A stretch of DNA of 64,000 nucleotides, from positions 7,050 to 71,049 of the forward strand of contig DATIKM010000038.1 in assembly GCA_035477595.1 (NCBI GenBank), given 5' to 3'. This DNA is from Chthonomonadales bacterium. Its GTDB lineage: Bacteria > Armatimonadota > Chthonomonadetes > Chthonomonadales > CAJBBX01. Of this stretch, positions 56,504-64,000 are shown piece after piece. Every line of letters begins with the position of its first letter. Within the stretch, counting starts at the first letter, position 1. The position numbers and the translations under genes were made by a program. The notes below the pieces were generated by a model. It worked only from the letters and a program-made list of their open reading frames with translations, ran no database searches and was not told the DNA's origin.

Positions 56504-57726
56504 GCCGCGTGTTCATGATCGCCTGGCATGAGTACCACCACACGGTGCGCCGAAAGGAGTTCGTGCTCCTCACGCTGGGCCTGCCGGTTCTGATCCTCGT
56601 ACTCGGTGGGGTCAGCGCCGTCGGAAGTATCATGGCCGCAAGCGCTCTGCGCACCAGTCAGCCGAGGGCCGTTGGCGTAGTCGACCGGAGCGGCGCTCTA
56701 CGCTTCCAGCCACATGGCGTGCAGGCCACCCCCGTGCGCGTCTACACGGACGAGGAGGCCGGCAGGCTCGACGTGCGGCGGGGCGTCATCGCGGCGCTCG
56801 TGGTCGTCGGGCCGGAGTACATCGCGACCGGCGACGTGTCGGTGTACCGCAAGGGCGGGGGCATTCTGACCGCGGGCGAGGGACCCGCGCTCGGCCCCCT
56901 GCTGACGCGCGCGGTCCTGTCGGCGCGATCCACGGACGAGCGCCTCGTGCGTCGCGCCGTGGAGCCTACCGGTCCCCGCGGGGCCCGCGCCTACGTCATC
57001 GACCGGGACGGCCGGTTCGTGCCGCGCAGCGTGGCCCGCGAGGCGGCGCGTTTCGTGGTGCCTTACGCATTCACCATCCTCCTGACGATGTCGATCTTCT
57101 TCTCGGCCTCTTACCTGCTGCGGGGCGTTGCGGAGGAGAAGGAGAACCGCGTCATCGAGGTGGTTCTCTCGTCGGTCACAGCGTCCGAGCTGCTGAGCGG
57201 TAAGCTGGTGGGCCTCGGCGCTGTAGGGCTGACCCAGGTGGGTGTCTGGCTCGCATTCGGCGCCGCACCGGCGCTTACGCGCTTCGGCGACGTGGTGACC
57301 GTCACGCCCGCGGCGGTCGCCTGGGTGGCGCTCTTCTTCATACTGGGCTACGCGCTGTACGCGACGCTGATGACCGGCGTCGGTGCGCTGGGCACCAACT
57401 ACCGCGAGAGCCAGCAGATCACGGGCGCCATCTCGTTCGCAGCGTTCATTCCCTTCCTGTTCATCCCAATACTCGTCGAGTTCCCTAACGGAGCGCTGGC
57501 CCGCACCTTCTCCTACATCCCGTTCACGGCGCCCACCACGATGGTGCTGCGGCTGACCGCCGCAGACGTCCCTCCTGTCGACATCGCGCTCGCCGCGCTT
57601 TCGCTGGTCGCTGCAACATGGCTCTTCCTCCGCCTGGCGGCGCGCCTGTTCCGGTTCGGTCTGCTGATCTACGGCAAGCGCCCCGGCTGGCGGGAGACGC
57701 TCCGTGTGCTGCGCCAGGCTTCCTGA
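56500..57726 (+). CDS. ABC-2 type transporter permease (NatB-like)
   Basis: MSRVFMIAWHEYHHTVRRKEFVLLTLGLPVLIL is a typical ABC-2 N-terminus with its first TM segment. A large extracytoplasmic loop follows, then 5 C-terminal TM segments including EKENRVIEVVLSSV. Confidence 0.85.
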   Translation: MSRVFMIAWHEYHHTVRRKEFVLLTLGLPVLILVLGGVSAVGSIMAASALRTSQPRAVGVVDRSGALRFQPHGVQATPVRVYTDEEAGRLDVRRGVIAALVVVGPEYIATGDVSVYRKGGGILTAGEGPALGPLLTRAVLSARSTDERLVRRAVEPTGPRGARAYVIDRDGRFVPRSVAREAARFVVPYAFTILLTMSIFFSASYLLRGVAEEKENRVIEVVLSSVTASELLSGKLVGLGAVGLTQVGVWLAFGAAPALTRFGDVVTVTPAAVAWVALFFILGYALYATLMTGVGALGTNYRESQQITGAISFAAFIPFLFIPILVEFPNGALARTFSYIPFTAPTTMVLRLTAADVPPVDIALAALSLVAATWLFLRLAARLFRFGLLIYGKRPGWRETLRVLRQAS

Positions 57727-58077
57727 GCCGGCCTTCATGTCACCTCCGCGCACGCTCGCGCGTCTAATGGGTGGACGGCGCACGCTCTGAACTGACGGGT
57801 GCGGGCTAAGCCAATCGGTCACCCGGCCGACCGGCAGACCCCACGCGGATCGCGGATCGCAGTGCCCGCGAACGGCTCGGCGGACGGACTGCCGGAGCCG
57901 ACGGGGGCGGGCATTGGCGCTCCGCCTAGAAGCGGCTGGTCACGCAGGCCGATCCCGAGACCGGGGGCCTGGCAGACCGCTCGCACCGGAGGCACACGCG
58001 CTGCTCGGGCGCGAGGCAGCTCTGCTGCTCCGCGCCCGAGCCGCAATTCGGCGCCTGAGTCGCGCCGAGGGGGAGCA

Positions 58078-58914
58078 ATGCGAGCGCAAGGGGTCAGGCG
58101 GCGCGCCGGCTTCACGCTGATCGAGCTCCTCACGGTGATGGCCATCCTGGCCATCCTCGCTGCGCTCATCTTCCCGGTCCTCTCGACGGCGAGGGAGATG
58201 GCCAGAGGCACGAAGTGTCTATCGGGGCTTCGGCAGATCGGCCTGGCCCTGACGACCTACCTGCAGGACTACGACGACACCTACCCGATGAGCCGGTTTC
58301 CCGATGCGGCCCGCCCCAAGACCGGCTGCACGGCGCCGCCGGGCGCGAACTACCCTGCCACCGGGCTCCACGGCACGAGCTGGAACTGGAAGCGCGCCAT
58401 TCACCCGTACGTCCGGAACCGCGACGTCTACCAGTGTCCCAGCAACCGGTATGCGTGGCGTCGGGGCGGCTACAACGACTTCCCTGGAGACGAGTCGAAC
58501 GCTCACTACCCTCCCTCGGAGCACCTGGCCAACTCCTACGCCCTTAACGGCAGCTTCTTCCACGAGGCGGTGCCAGCGTGCTGGTACGGGGAGCGCTGGG
58601 AGCGTCCTCGCCATGCGGCGGAGATCGAGAACCCTTCGCGGCTGATCCTGCTCCTGGAGTCGCGGCACAGCTACCCTGACCTCGGGAGCTGGTACATCGC
58701 GCAGCGTGCTCCGACCGACACACCCGGCGAGTACACGCGGGACGGCCCATTCCAGTCGCACCTGAGAGCATCCAACTGGCTCTTCGCCGACCTACACGCC
58801 AGACGACTGCGGCTCGCCGCCACCTGCGCGGACGGCGGCATGTGGTCGGACCGCTTCCCGGACCGAGGGAACGGCTGCCTGATGCTGCACGCCATGGCGG
58901 ACGAGTATCGGTAG
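58078..58914 (+). CDS. Prepilin-type N-terminal cleavage/methylation domain protein, DUF1559 family
   Basis: ATG 58078 follows [33 protein letters not shown] is the type IV pilin-like leader. [25 protein letters not shown] and the distal H-x9-DG-like region (NWLFADLHA) are typical of DUF1559 proteins. Confidence 0.85.
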   Translation: MRAQGVRRRAGFTLIELLTVMAILAILAALIFPVLSTAREMARGTKCLSGLRQIGLALTTYLQDYDDTYPMSRFPDAARPKTGCTAPPGANYPATGLHGTSWNWKRAIHPYVRNRDVYQCPSNRYAWRRGGYNDFPGDESNAHYPPSEHLANSYALNGSFFHEAVPACWYGERWERPRHAAEIENPSRLILLLESRHSYPDLGSWYIAQRAPTDTPGEYTRDGPFQSHLRASNWLFADLHARRLRLAATCADGGMWSDRFPDRGNGCLMLHAMADEYR

Positions 58915-59079
58915 CGCGTCCGCTGCAGCCGATGCTGAACCGGGGCCGGCTGGAGCGCCGGCCCCGCTTGATTTGACTCGCCCTCGGGCCCTGTGCTACA
59001 CTCGCGCGCTCACGAACGGGTGGCATGCCGGATGTCGCTGTGCAGCTCGCGGCGGCGCCGGCCAGGAGAGGAGAGACGA

Positions 59080-59766
59080 GTGGCGCATGCCCTTGGCTCC
59101 CCGCGTTCGCGCAGCGCGTTACTGGTCTGGGCTCCGCTCGGGCTGGCCAGCGCGGTGGCCCTGTGCAGTGCGATCGCGGGCGCCGAAGACACCATTCGGA
59201 ACCCCGCAACGAACCGTGTCGTGCGGAATGAGACGAGGAGGGAGGCCATCCCTCATGCCTCGGTCGTACGTCCCGGACGGGACATGACGGCCGGCGCGAG
59301 CAAGACGATCCAGCGCGGGCGGAACGGCGAACGGCTGGTGACGTACCGCGTGGTCCTCGAAGGCGGCAGGGAGCGCTCTCGCGACGCGATCTCCTCAAGG
59401 GTCGTGCGGAGGCCCGTGCCCGAGATCACCATGATCGGTGGGCGCGGGAGGTACCCGTCCCGAGGAGGCTACGCCTCCGGCAGACGGGTTCTTACGATGG
59501 TCGCCACCGGCTACGACCCGCTCCCGGCGGGGAGTCAGATGACGGGACGCACCGCCACCGGGCTGAAGGCGGGGCACGGTGTGGTTGCGGTGGACCCCAG
59601 TTTCATCCCGCTAGGGACCCGCCTGTACATCGAGGGCTATGGCTACGCGATCGCAGCCGACATTGGCGGCTCGATCAGGGGCAACCGGATAGATCTGGGC
59701 CACGACACCCGCAAGCGGGCGATGGCGGTCGGGAGACGGCTGGTCCGCGTGCACATTCTGGACTGA
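59080..59766 (+). CDS. G5 domain plus 3D domain cell-wall protein (YabE/RpfB-like)
   Basis: GTG 59080 follows AGGAGAGGAGAG, with a signal/TM segment ALLVWAPLGLASAVALCSA. The G5 block is TIQRGRNGERLVTYRVVLEGGRE. The 3D block is ATGYDP......TATGLKAGHGVVAVDPSFIPLGTRLYIEGYGYAIAADIGGSIRGNRIDL. Confidence 0.8.
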   Translation: MAHALGSPRSRSALLVWAPLGLASAVALCSAIAGAEDTIRNPATNRVVRNETRREAIPHASVVRPGRDMTAGASKTIQRGRNGERLVTYRVVLEGGRERSRDAISSRVVRRPVPEITMIGGRGRYPSRGGYASGRRVLTMVATGYDPLPAGSQMTGRTATGLKAGHGVVAVDPSFIPLGTRLYIEGYGYAIAADIGGSIRGNRIDLGHDTRKRAMAVGRRLVRVHILD

Positions 59767-59788
59767 TCGCTCCGCGGTCACGATTCCC

Positions 59789-59820
59789 GAGAGGGGCCGT
59801 CGCAGGCGACGGCCCCTCTC
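59789..59820 (+). terminator. Stem-loop after the G5/3D gene
   Basis: GAGAGGGGCCGTC-GCAGGC-GACGGCCCCTCTC is a perfect 13-bp stem. It begins 23 nt after the stop at 59766 and lies upstream of rsmA. Confidence 0.6.
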
Positions 59821-59861
59821 CCATTCGGCCACGTCGTCGCCCTGAAGGGACCGCCGCGCCC

Positions 59862-60770
59862 ATGAACGATGCGCCCTCGCCCTACGGCGCTGCCAGCCTG
59901 CTCCGGCGGCACGGAGTACGCCCGCGCAAGCGGTGGGGCCAGAACTTCCTCTGCGACGCCCGCACGGCGGAGCGCATCGCGAGCGCTGCCGATGCGCAGT
60001 CGGGCGAGGGGGTCCTCGAGATTGGCGCGGGCGTCGGCGCCCTCACGCTGAGCCTGGCGCGCCGCTTCGAGCGCGTGGTAGCGGTGGAGATCGACCCGCT
60101 GCTCGCGCCCGTCCTCGACGAGACCGTCGGCCACCTGGCCAACGTGGCCCTGGTGCAGCAGGACTTCCTCGAGGCGCCGGTGGGGCCCTTGCTGGATGCG
60201 GCGTTCGGCCAGGGCGGAGGGGCCGTCGTAGCCAACATCCCCTACTGCATCAGCACGCCGATAGTGGAGCGCCTCCTTGATCACGCGAGCCGCGTACGGC
60301 GCATCGTGCTGCTCGTGCAGCGGGAATTTGCCGCCCGGCTTGCCGCCCGGCCCGCCAGTAAGTCCTACGGCTCGCTCTCCGTGTTCGCGCAGTACCACGC
60401 TCGCGTCCACGCGCCCGCGGTGGTGTCGAGGAACGTCTTCCACCCGAAGCCGGACGTGGAGAGCGCCATCGCGGTTCTGGACCCGATCCCGGGCGGCGCC
60501 GTGGGCGATGTCGCGCCCGAGTCGCTCTTCCGGGTAGTGCGGGCGGCGTTCGGCCAGCGGCGCAAGACGCTGGCCAACGCTCTTGCAGGTGCCGGGTTCG
60601 AGAGGACCGCCGTAATCGAGGCGGCACGCGCATGTCAGGTTGGCCCGGAGCGGCGCGGGGAGACGCTCTCGCTCGAGGAGTTTGCACGGCTCGCGCGCCT
60701 GCTCTCTGGCAGCGATCACGACGAGCCGAGCGGCGAGCTCAGGCGGGTCAGCGCTGTTCAGCCGCCCTGA
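59862..60770 (+). CDS. rsmA: 16S rRNA (adenine1518/1519-N6)-dimethyltransferase
   Basis: KRWGQNFLCDARTAERI, the SAM motif VLEIGAGVGALTLSLA, NIPYCISTPI and FHPKPDVESA are all present. This is the typical KsgA/RsmA layout. Confidence 0.92.
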   Translation: MNDAPSPYGAASLLRRHGVRPRKRWGQNFLCDARTAERIASAADAQSGEGVLEIGAGVGALTLSLARRFERVVAVEIDPLLAPVLDETVGHLANVALVQQDFLEAPVGPLLDAAFGQGGGAVVANIPYCISTPIVERLLDHASRVRRIVLLVQREFAARLAARPASKSYGSLSVFAQYHARVHAPAVVSRNVFHPKPDVESAIAVLDPIPGGAVGDVAPESLFRVVRAAFGQRRKTLANALAGAGFERTAVIEAARACQVGPERRGETLSLEEFARLARLLSGSDHDEPSGELRRVSAVQPP

Positions 60771-61095
60771 CGGCCGCCGCCAGCCGGATCGCCAGCACGT
60801 CCGCGTCGCGCGTCGAGCCGGCCACAACCCGGCCGTACTGCTCGTTGCCGTCGGGGCCCGGCCAGGACACGTCCACGCGGCCGTTCTTGCTGTGCGCAAG
60901 GAATGCGAGGCACTGGCGGCAAACGTTCTTGGCAGCCTGAGCGGACCCGACTTCCACTCGCAGCGTTCGATCCGCGGCCTCCTCGGCGTCATCCATCGGT
61001 GGCGCTTGGGGCACATGCATTTTGGGGAGCATCCGCTCGGCGAACGCCTGCCGCTCGTGTGCGGCGGCAAAGGTAAGGGCAACGACTACTGCCAT
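60748..61095 (-). CDS. Hypothetical protein (115 aa)
   Basis: ATG 61095 lies 5 nt after GGGAGGA. GC3 is high and the composition is balanced (K, N, Y, D, E, C). The sequence ...VGSAQAAKNVCRQCLAFLAHSKNGRVDVSWPGPDGNEQYGRVVAGSTRDADVLAIRLAAAV carries no recognisable motif. Its 3' end overlaps rsmA by 23 nt (convergent). Confidence 0.45.
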   Translation of the reverse strand: MAVVVALTFAAAHERQAFAERMLPKMHVPQAPPMDDAEEAADRTLRVEVGSAQAAKNVCRQCLAFLAHSKNGRVDVSWPGPDGNEQYGRVVAGSTRDADVLAIRLAAAVRAAEQR

Positions 61096-62464
61096 GGATG
61101 TCCTCCCGTTCTGGCGCCGCCAGCTCGAGCGCCTCGCCCGTAGGTTCTACCGACGCGCCGGTATACCTGCCTGCGCTTTGGTCGCTTGCCTTGCGCCCTC
61201 AGCGGCGCCCGCTGATCCCCCGGTGTTCTCCCGCGAGGAGCGCGAGCGGCTGGTGGCGTTCTGGAACGCGCCGGGTCGCTATCGCATCGAGCCGGCCGAT
61301 CCGCCGGGCCGGCTGTGGAGGGTCCGCCAGACGCCGGACGGCTCGCGATGGCTTCTTGCCGTACAGCGCGCTGCCCTGGGCCGGGGCAAGCGCCCGCCGA
61401 ATCGCGACGCCGGCCTCCGCGACGCCCGGCCGGAGTGGGATGCCTGGATTGCCGCGCGATGGGAGCGCGACCGATGGGAGGCGGCGCGCCTGGCTGCCGT
61501 CCTGAACGGGCTCGCCCCTCCTGCGGGGACAGAGCCCCCGCAGGCAGGCCCGATCCCGGACGACCTCGCGGAGGCGGCGGGCGCTCCGCCTGCCCTCACG
61601 GCGGCCGTGGCGCCCCGAGCCTACCGGGTGACTCTGGATGACGGCTCGACGGTCCGCTACACGGACCAGGTCGCTGTGCGTCCGCGCTTCGCCCACTTCC
61701 GACATCCCCAGGGCGTGTCTGAGGCAGGCACTCCGCTCAGCCACGTTCCGGCCGAAGACGTGGCCGCGGTGTTCCGCCAGGCGGGGCTCAGCCCCAGCGC
61801 CGTCCGGGCATTCCTCGCGGTGAGCCGACTGGAGGGCGGATTCGACTCGGTCAATACCTTCGACACTGGCGGCGTTTCGGTTGGCTTCCTGCAGTTCGCG
61901 GCGTTGGAGGACGGCCGGGGATCCCTGGCCGCGGTGTTGGCCCGAATGCGCGCGGACAGCCCTCGCGACTACGAGCGCGACTTCCGTGCCTACGGCATCG
62001 ATGTTGATGCCTCCGGCGCCCTGACGGTTGTCGACCCGTCGACGGGCACTGAGCTTCGCGGGGCCGAAGCCGTCCGGGGCTGCATCGACGACAAGCGCCT
62101 CGTGGCTGTGTTCCAGCAGGCGGGCAGGCGTCCCGCGTTCCGGCTTGCGCAGGCGCGGACGGCGGCCGCGATGTTCTGGCCCGCCGCCTCCGAGGTTCGT
62201 GCCACGGTGGGTAGCCGCGTTCTGACGGCGCGCATCTCCGAGGTCGTGCGCTCGGAGGCCGGTCTGGCGACGCTGCTCGACCGCAAGGTGAACCGGGGCT
62301 CGCTGGAGCCCTTCGCGGACGTCGTGCGTCGTGTGGCAGAAAGGGAGGGCCTTACGGACCTCCGCGCGGCGACCCGCTGGGAGCGCGAGATCGTAGCGGC
62401 GCTTCGCTTCCGGGCGGACTTCCTTGAGGACCCGACGCTCACTCAACCGCGCGCCGCGCGCTGA
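61094..62464 (+). CDS. Hypothetical exported protein with lysozyme/SLT-like motif in C-terminal half
   Basis: MDVLPFWRR... has a hydrophobic stretch, GIPACALVACLAPSAAPA. GC3 is strong throughout. The C-terminal half contains SRLEGGFDSVNTFDTGGVSVGFLQF, reminiscent of the 'ES.f...a.s..Ga.GlmQ' catalytic block of lytic transglycosylases. The functional call is tentative. Confidence 0.55.
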   Translation: MDVLPFWRRQLERLARRFYRRAGIPACALVACLAPSAAPADPPVFSREERERLVAFWNAPGRYRIEPADPPGRLWRVRQTPDGSRWLLAVQRAALGRGKRPPNRDAGLRDARPEWDAWIAARWERDRWEAARLAAVLNGLAPPAGTEPPQAGPIPDDLAEAAGAPPALTAAVAPRAYRVTLDDGSTVRYTDQVAVRPRFAHFRHPQGVSEAGTPLSHVPAEDVAAVFRQAGLSPSAVRAFLAVSRLEGGFDSVNTFDTGGVSVGFLQFAALEDGRGSLAAVLARMRADSPRDYERDFRAYGIDVDASGALTVVDPSTGTELRGAEAVRGCIDDKRLVAVFQQAGRRPAFRLAQARTAAAMFWPAASEVRATVGSRVLTARISEVVRSEAGLATLLDRKVNRGSLEPFADVVRRVAEREGLTDLRAATRWEREIVAALRFRADFLEDPTLTQPRAAR

Positions 62465-62477
62465 CTGCGCCGCCGGG

Positions 62478-63215
62478 CTATGGCTCGCGCAGGATCCGCT
62501 CCAGATCGTCTATAGACCTGAGGTGCAGGCGCGGGTCAGCGAGCATGTCGCGCAGCTCCACCAGGCCTCGCACCGACTCGCCGACCTTCCAGGCGGCGCC
62601 GAGTGCACCTTCTAGCCTGGAGCGCATTTGGGGGCCATCGGCCTCCGCCAGCAGGTCCTCTATCGTGGCAGTGATCACGAACAGCGGGTTGTTGATCCGG
62701 TGCGTGAGCCGGTTGGCGATCTGCCGCACGAGATCGTGGCGCGGCGCCTCCAAGTGCGCTCGATGGCGCGCAACGTCGCTCTCCGGGCCGACGTCCGTGC
62801 AACTGAGGATGGCGCAGCGGCTCGGTTCGCACAGCCGACTCGCGACCGCACAGTAGGCGCAGTGCGCGCCCTGCCAGGTGAACCGCAGGCTGTCGACGAC
62901 GCGCCGCGCGCGGCCGGATAGGATCCCCGCCAGGTGAGGGAGCCACCGCTCCGCCTCGCCCGGCGCTAGCAGATCGGTCAGCAGGGCGCCCACCGGGTTG
63001 GCGAGGCCGGCCTCGTTCGGGCAGGCGTACCGGACCGCCTCTCGCCACGCCGCGTTGGCCCCGAGCACCTGCAGCGATGGCCCCACCGCCAGCGTGACCC
63101 ACGGAAGCGCGCCGAGGACCGCGTCGGCCTCGATCATGGATCCGGCGGCCATCCACCCGCGCGCGGTGTCGTCTGCTCGTGCGCCTGGCACGGGGGCCTG
63201 CTCCTTCTGGCTCAC
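62478..63215 (-). CDS. PAS-like sensor domain plus histidine-kinase DHp (HisKA-like) helix, without ATPase domain
   Basis: GTG 63215 overlaps the upstream stop (GTGA). The N-terminal ~130 aa are PAS-like (LPWVTLAVGPSLQVLGANAAWREA...). An H-box-like segment, IANRLTHRINNPLFVI (compare sHElRtPL), and a second helix follow. The protein ends at 245 aa with no N/G1/G2 boxes. Confidence 0.55.
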   Translation of the reverse strand: MSQKEQAPVPGARADDTARGWMAAGSMIEADAVLGALPWVTLAVGPSLQVLGANAAWREAVRYACPNEAGLANPVGALLTDLLAPGEAERWLPHLAGILSGRARRVVDSLRFTWQGAHCAYCAVASRLCEPSRCAILSCTDVGPESDVARHRAHLEAPRHDLVRQIANRLTHRINNPLFVITATIEDLLAEADGPQMRSRLEGALGAAWKVGESVRGLVELRDMLADPRLHLRSIDDLERILREP

Positions 63216-64000
63216 AGCCCGGCCTCGCGCGCTTCGGCCACCTTACGGATCGCCGCAGCCGTCTCGGCGGTGTCGGCGTCCGACCAGCTCTCATGGATCG
63301 GGACGACTACGCAGGTGCGGAGCGCCTCTTCGGCGACCGGGCAGGCTGGCCGGTGGCCTCCGGCGGCGGCGGCGTGCGCCACCGCCGGGTACGTGTAGAC
63401 GCAGCGCTCGATGTAGTGCGCCCCGGCCGGCACGCCCTCCGCCGTGAGGGCGGCCGCGAACCAGGCGGCGTCGTCCTCGCTGGTTCTGCCGAGGACACGG
63501 AAGAGGAAGAACCACCACGTGCAGCGGGCGCCGGGCGCCACCCTCGGCGCCGCAACGCCGGGCGCTTCCTCGCACGCGACCCGCAGCGCGTCACCCACGC
63601 GAGCGCGCCCCTCGCAGATGGCGTCGAGCTTGCCCATCTGGGCGAGCGCTACGGCGCCCTGCAGCTCCGTCATGCGGTAGTTCGTCGCCACGAACTCCGG
63701 GGAGCGGCTCGCGCCCGGCTCGCGGCTGTATGCCTTGTCGGTTGCCATTCGGATGCGGCGGGCCAGCTCCGGGTCCGCCGTGATGCACATCCCTCCGTCC
63801 CCGCAGGCGATGTGCTTGAACTCGTTCAGCGAGAAGCACCCGATCTCGCCCACCGTGCCTGCGAGGCGGCCGTCGATGGCTGCGAGGTAGCTCTGAGCGC
63901 AGTCCTCGATGAGTGCGACGCCGGCCGCGCGCGTCGCTTCCGCGATGCCGGGAGCGTCGCACGGGTTGCCCGCCAGGTGGACGGCGATGACGGCACGGGT
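63212..64000 (-). CDS. DegT/DnrJ/EryC1/StrS-family PLP-dependent aminotransferase (C-terminal part; N-terminus beyond window)
   Basis: The frame is open to base 64000: TRAVIAVHLAGNPCD...ALIEDCAQSYLA..DG...GTVGEIGCFSLNEFKHIACGDGGMCIT.D.ELARR.R. The Lys of the FKH block is at the position of the PLP lysine. Confidence 0.85.
   Translation of the reverse strand, partial: TRAVIAVHLAGNPCDAPGIAEATRAAGVALIEDCAQSYLAAIDGRLAGTVGEIGCFSLNEFKHIACGDGGMCITADPELARRIRMATDKAYSREPGASRSPEFVATNYRMTELQGAVALAQMGKLDAICEGRARVGDALRVACEEAPGVAAPRVAPGARCTWWFFLFRVLGRTSEDDAAWFAAALTAEGVPAGAHYIERCVYTYPAVAHAAAAGGHRPACPVAEEALRTCVVVPIHESWSDADTAETAAAIRKVAEAREAGL

Noticed and set aside
59778-61082. 434-aa minus-strand ORF
   Set aside because: It is antisense to rsmA over most of its length. 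Only the different-frame 60748-61095 ORF shows gene-like composition and an RBS.

Overview
Visibly GC-rich bacterial chromosomal segment: third codon positions are overwhelmingly G/C, and almost every real gene casts long spurious ORFs on the opposite strand and in other frames. I support about 45 protein-coding genes, 2 gene relics, 1 classical regulatory site with its promoter, and several stem-loops. I found no rRNA, tRNA or CRISPR array.

The content is dominated by carbohydrate-active and exported proteins:
- a secreted beta-helix/CE15 esterase fusion;
- a GH42-like, a GH9-like and a very large cytoplasmic glycoside hydrolase;
- three xylose-isomerase-like TIM-barrel enzymes;
- four Gfo/Idh/MocA oxidoreductases, three of them with twin-arginine signals;
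- two paralogous secreted HEAT-repeat proteins, one ending in a DUF1080 domain;
- a DUF1549/DUF1553 - DUF1501 - PPC-domain operon;
- a DUF1559 prepilin-like protein.

Housekeeping islands are tag, a nucleoside hydrolase, phosphomannomutase, groES-groEL (with promoter and CIRCE operator), ppdK, a YabE-like G5/3D protein followed by rsmA/ksgA, and a DegT-type aminotransferase cut by the window end.

This gene repertoire (DUF1559, DUF1501, DUF1549/1553), together with CIRCE and yabE-ksgA synteny, suggests an Armatimonadota- or Planctomycetota-like organism. That is inference only.

The observations most worth a second look are:
- a recurring module of a Tat-exported dehydrogenase plus a HEAT-repeat protein, set inside a probable oxidative (3-keto) glycoside-cleavage locus;
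- an Enzyme-I-like protein lacking its catalytic motifs, linked to an ABC-2 exporter operon;
- a truncated IS66 transposase relic with a frame-breaking 35/34-nt tandem duplication;
- two divergent genes whose start codons overlap in a CCATGG palindrome;
- a PAS-DHp protein with no ATPase domain, translationally coupled to the aminotransferase.

All functional calls come from reading motifs by eye. No database search was possible.
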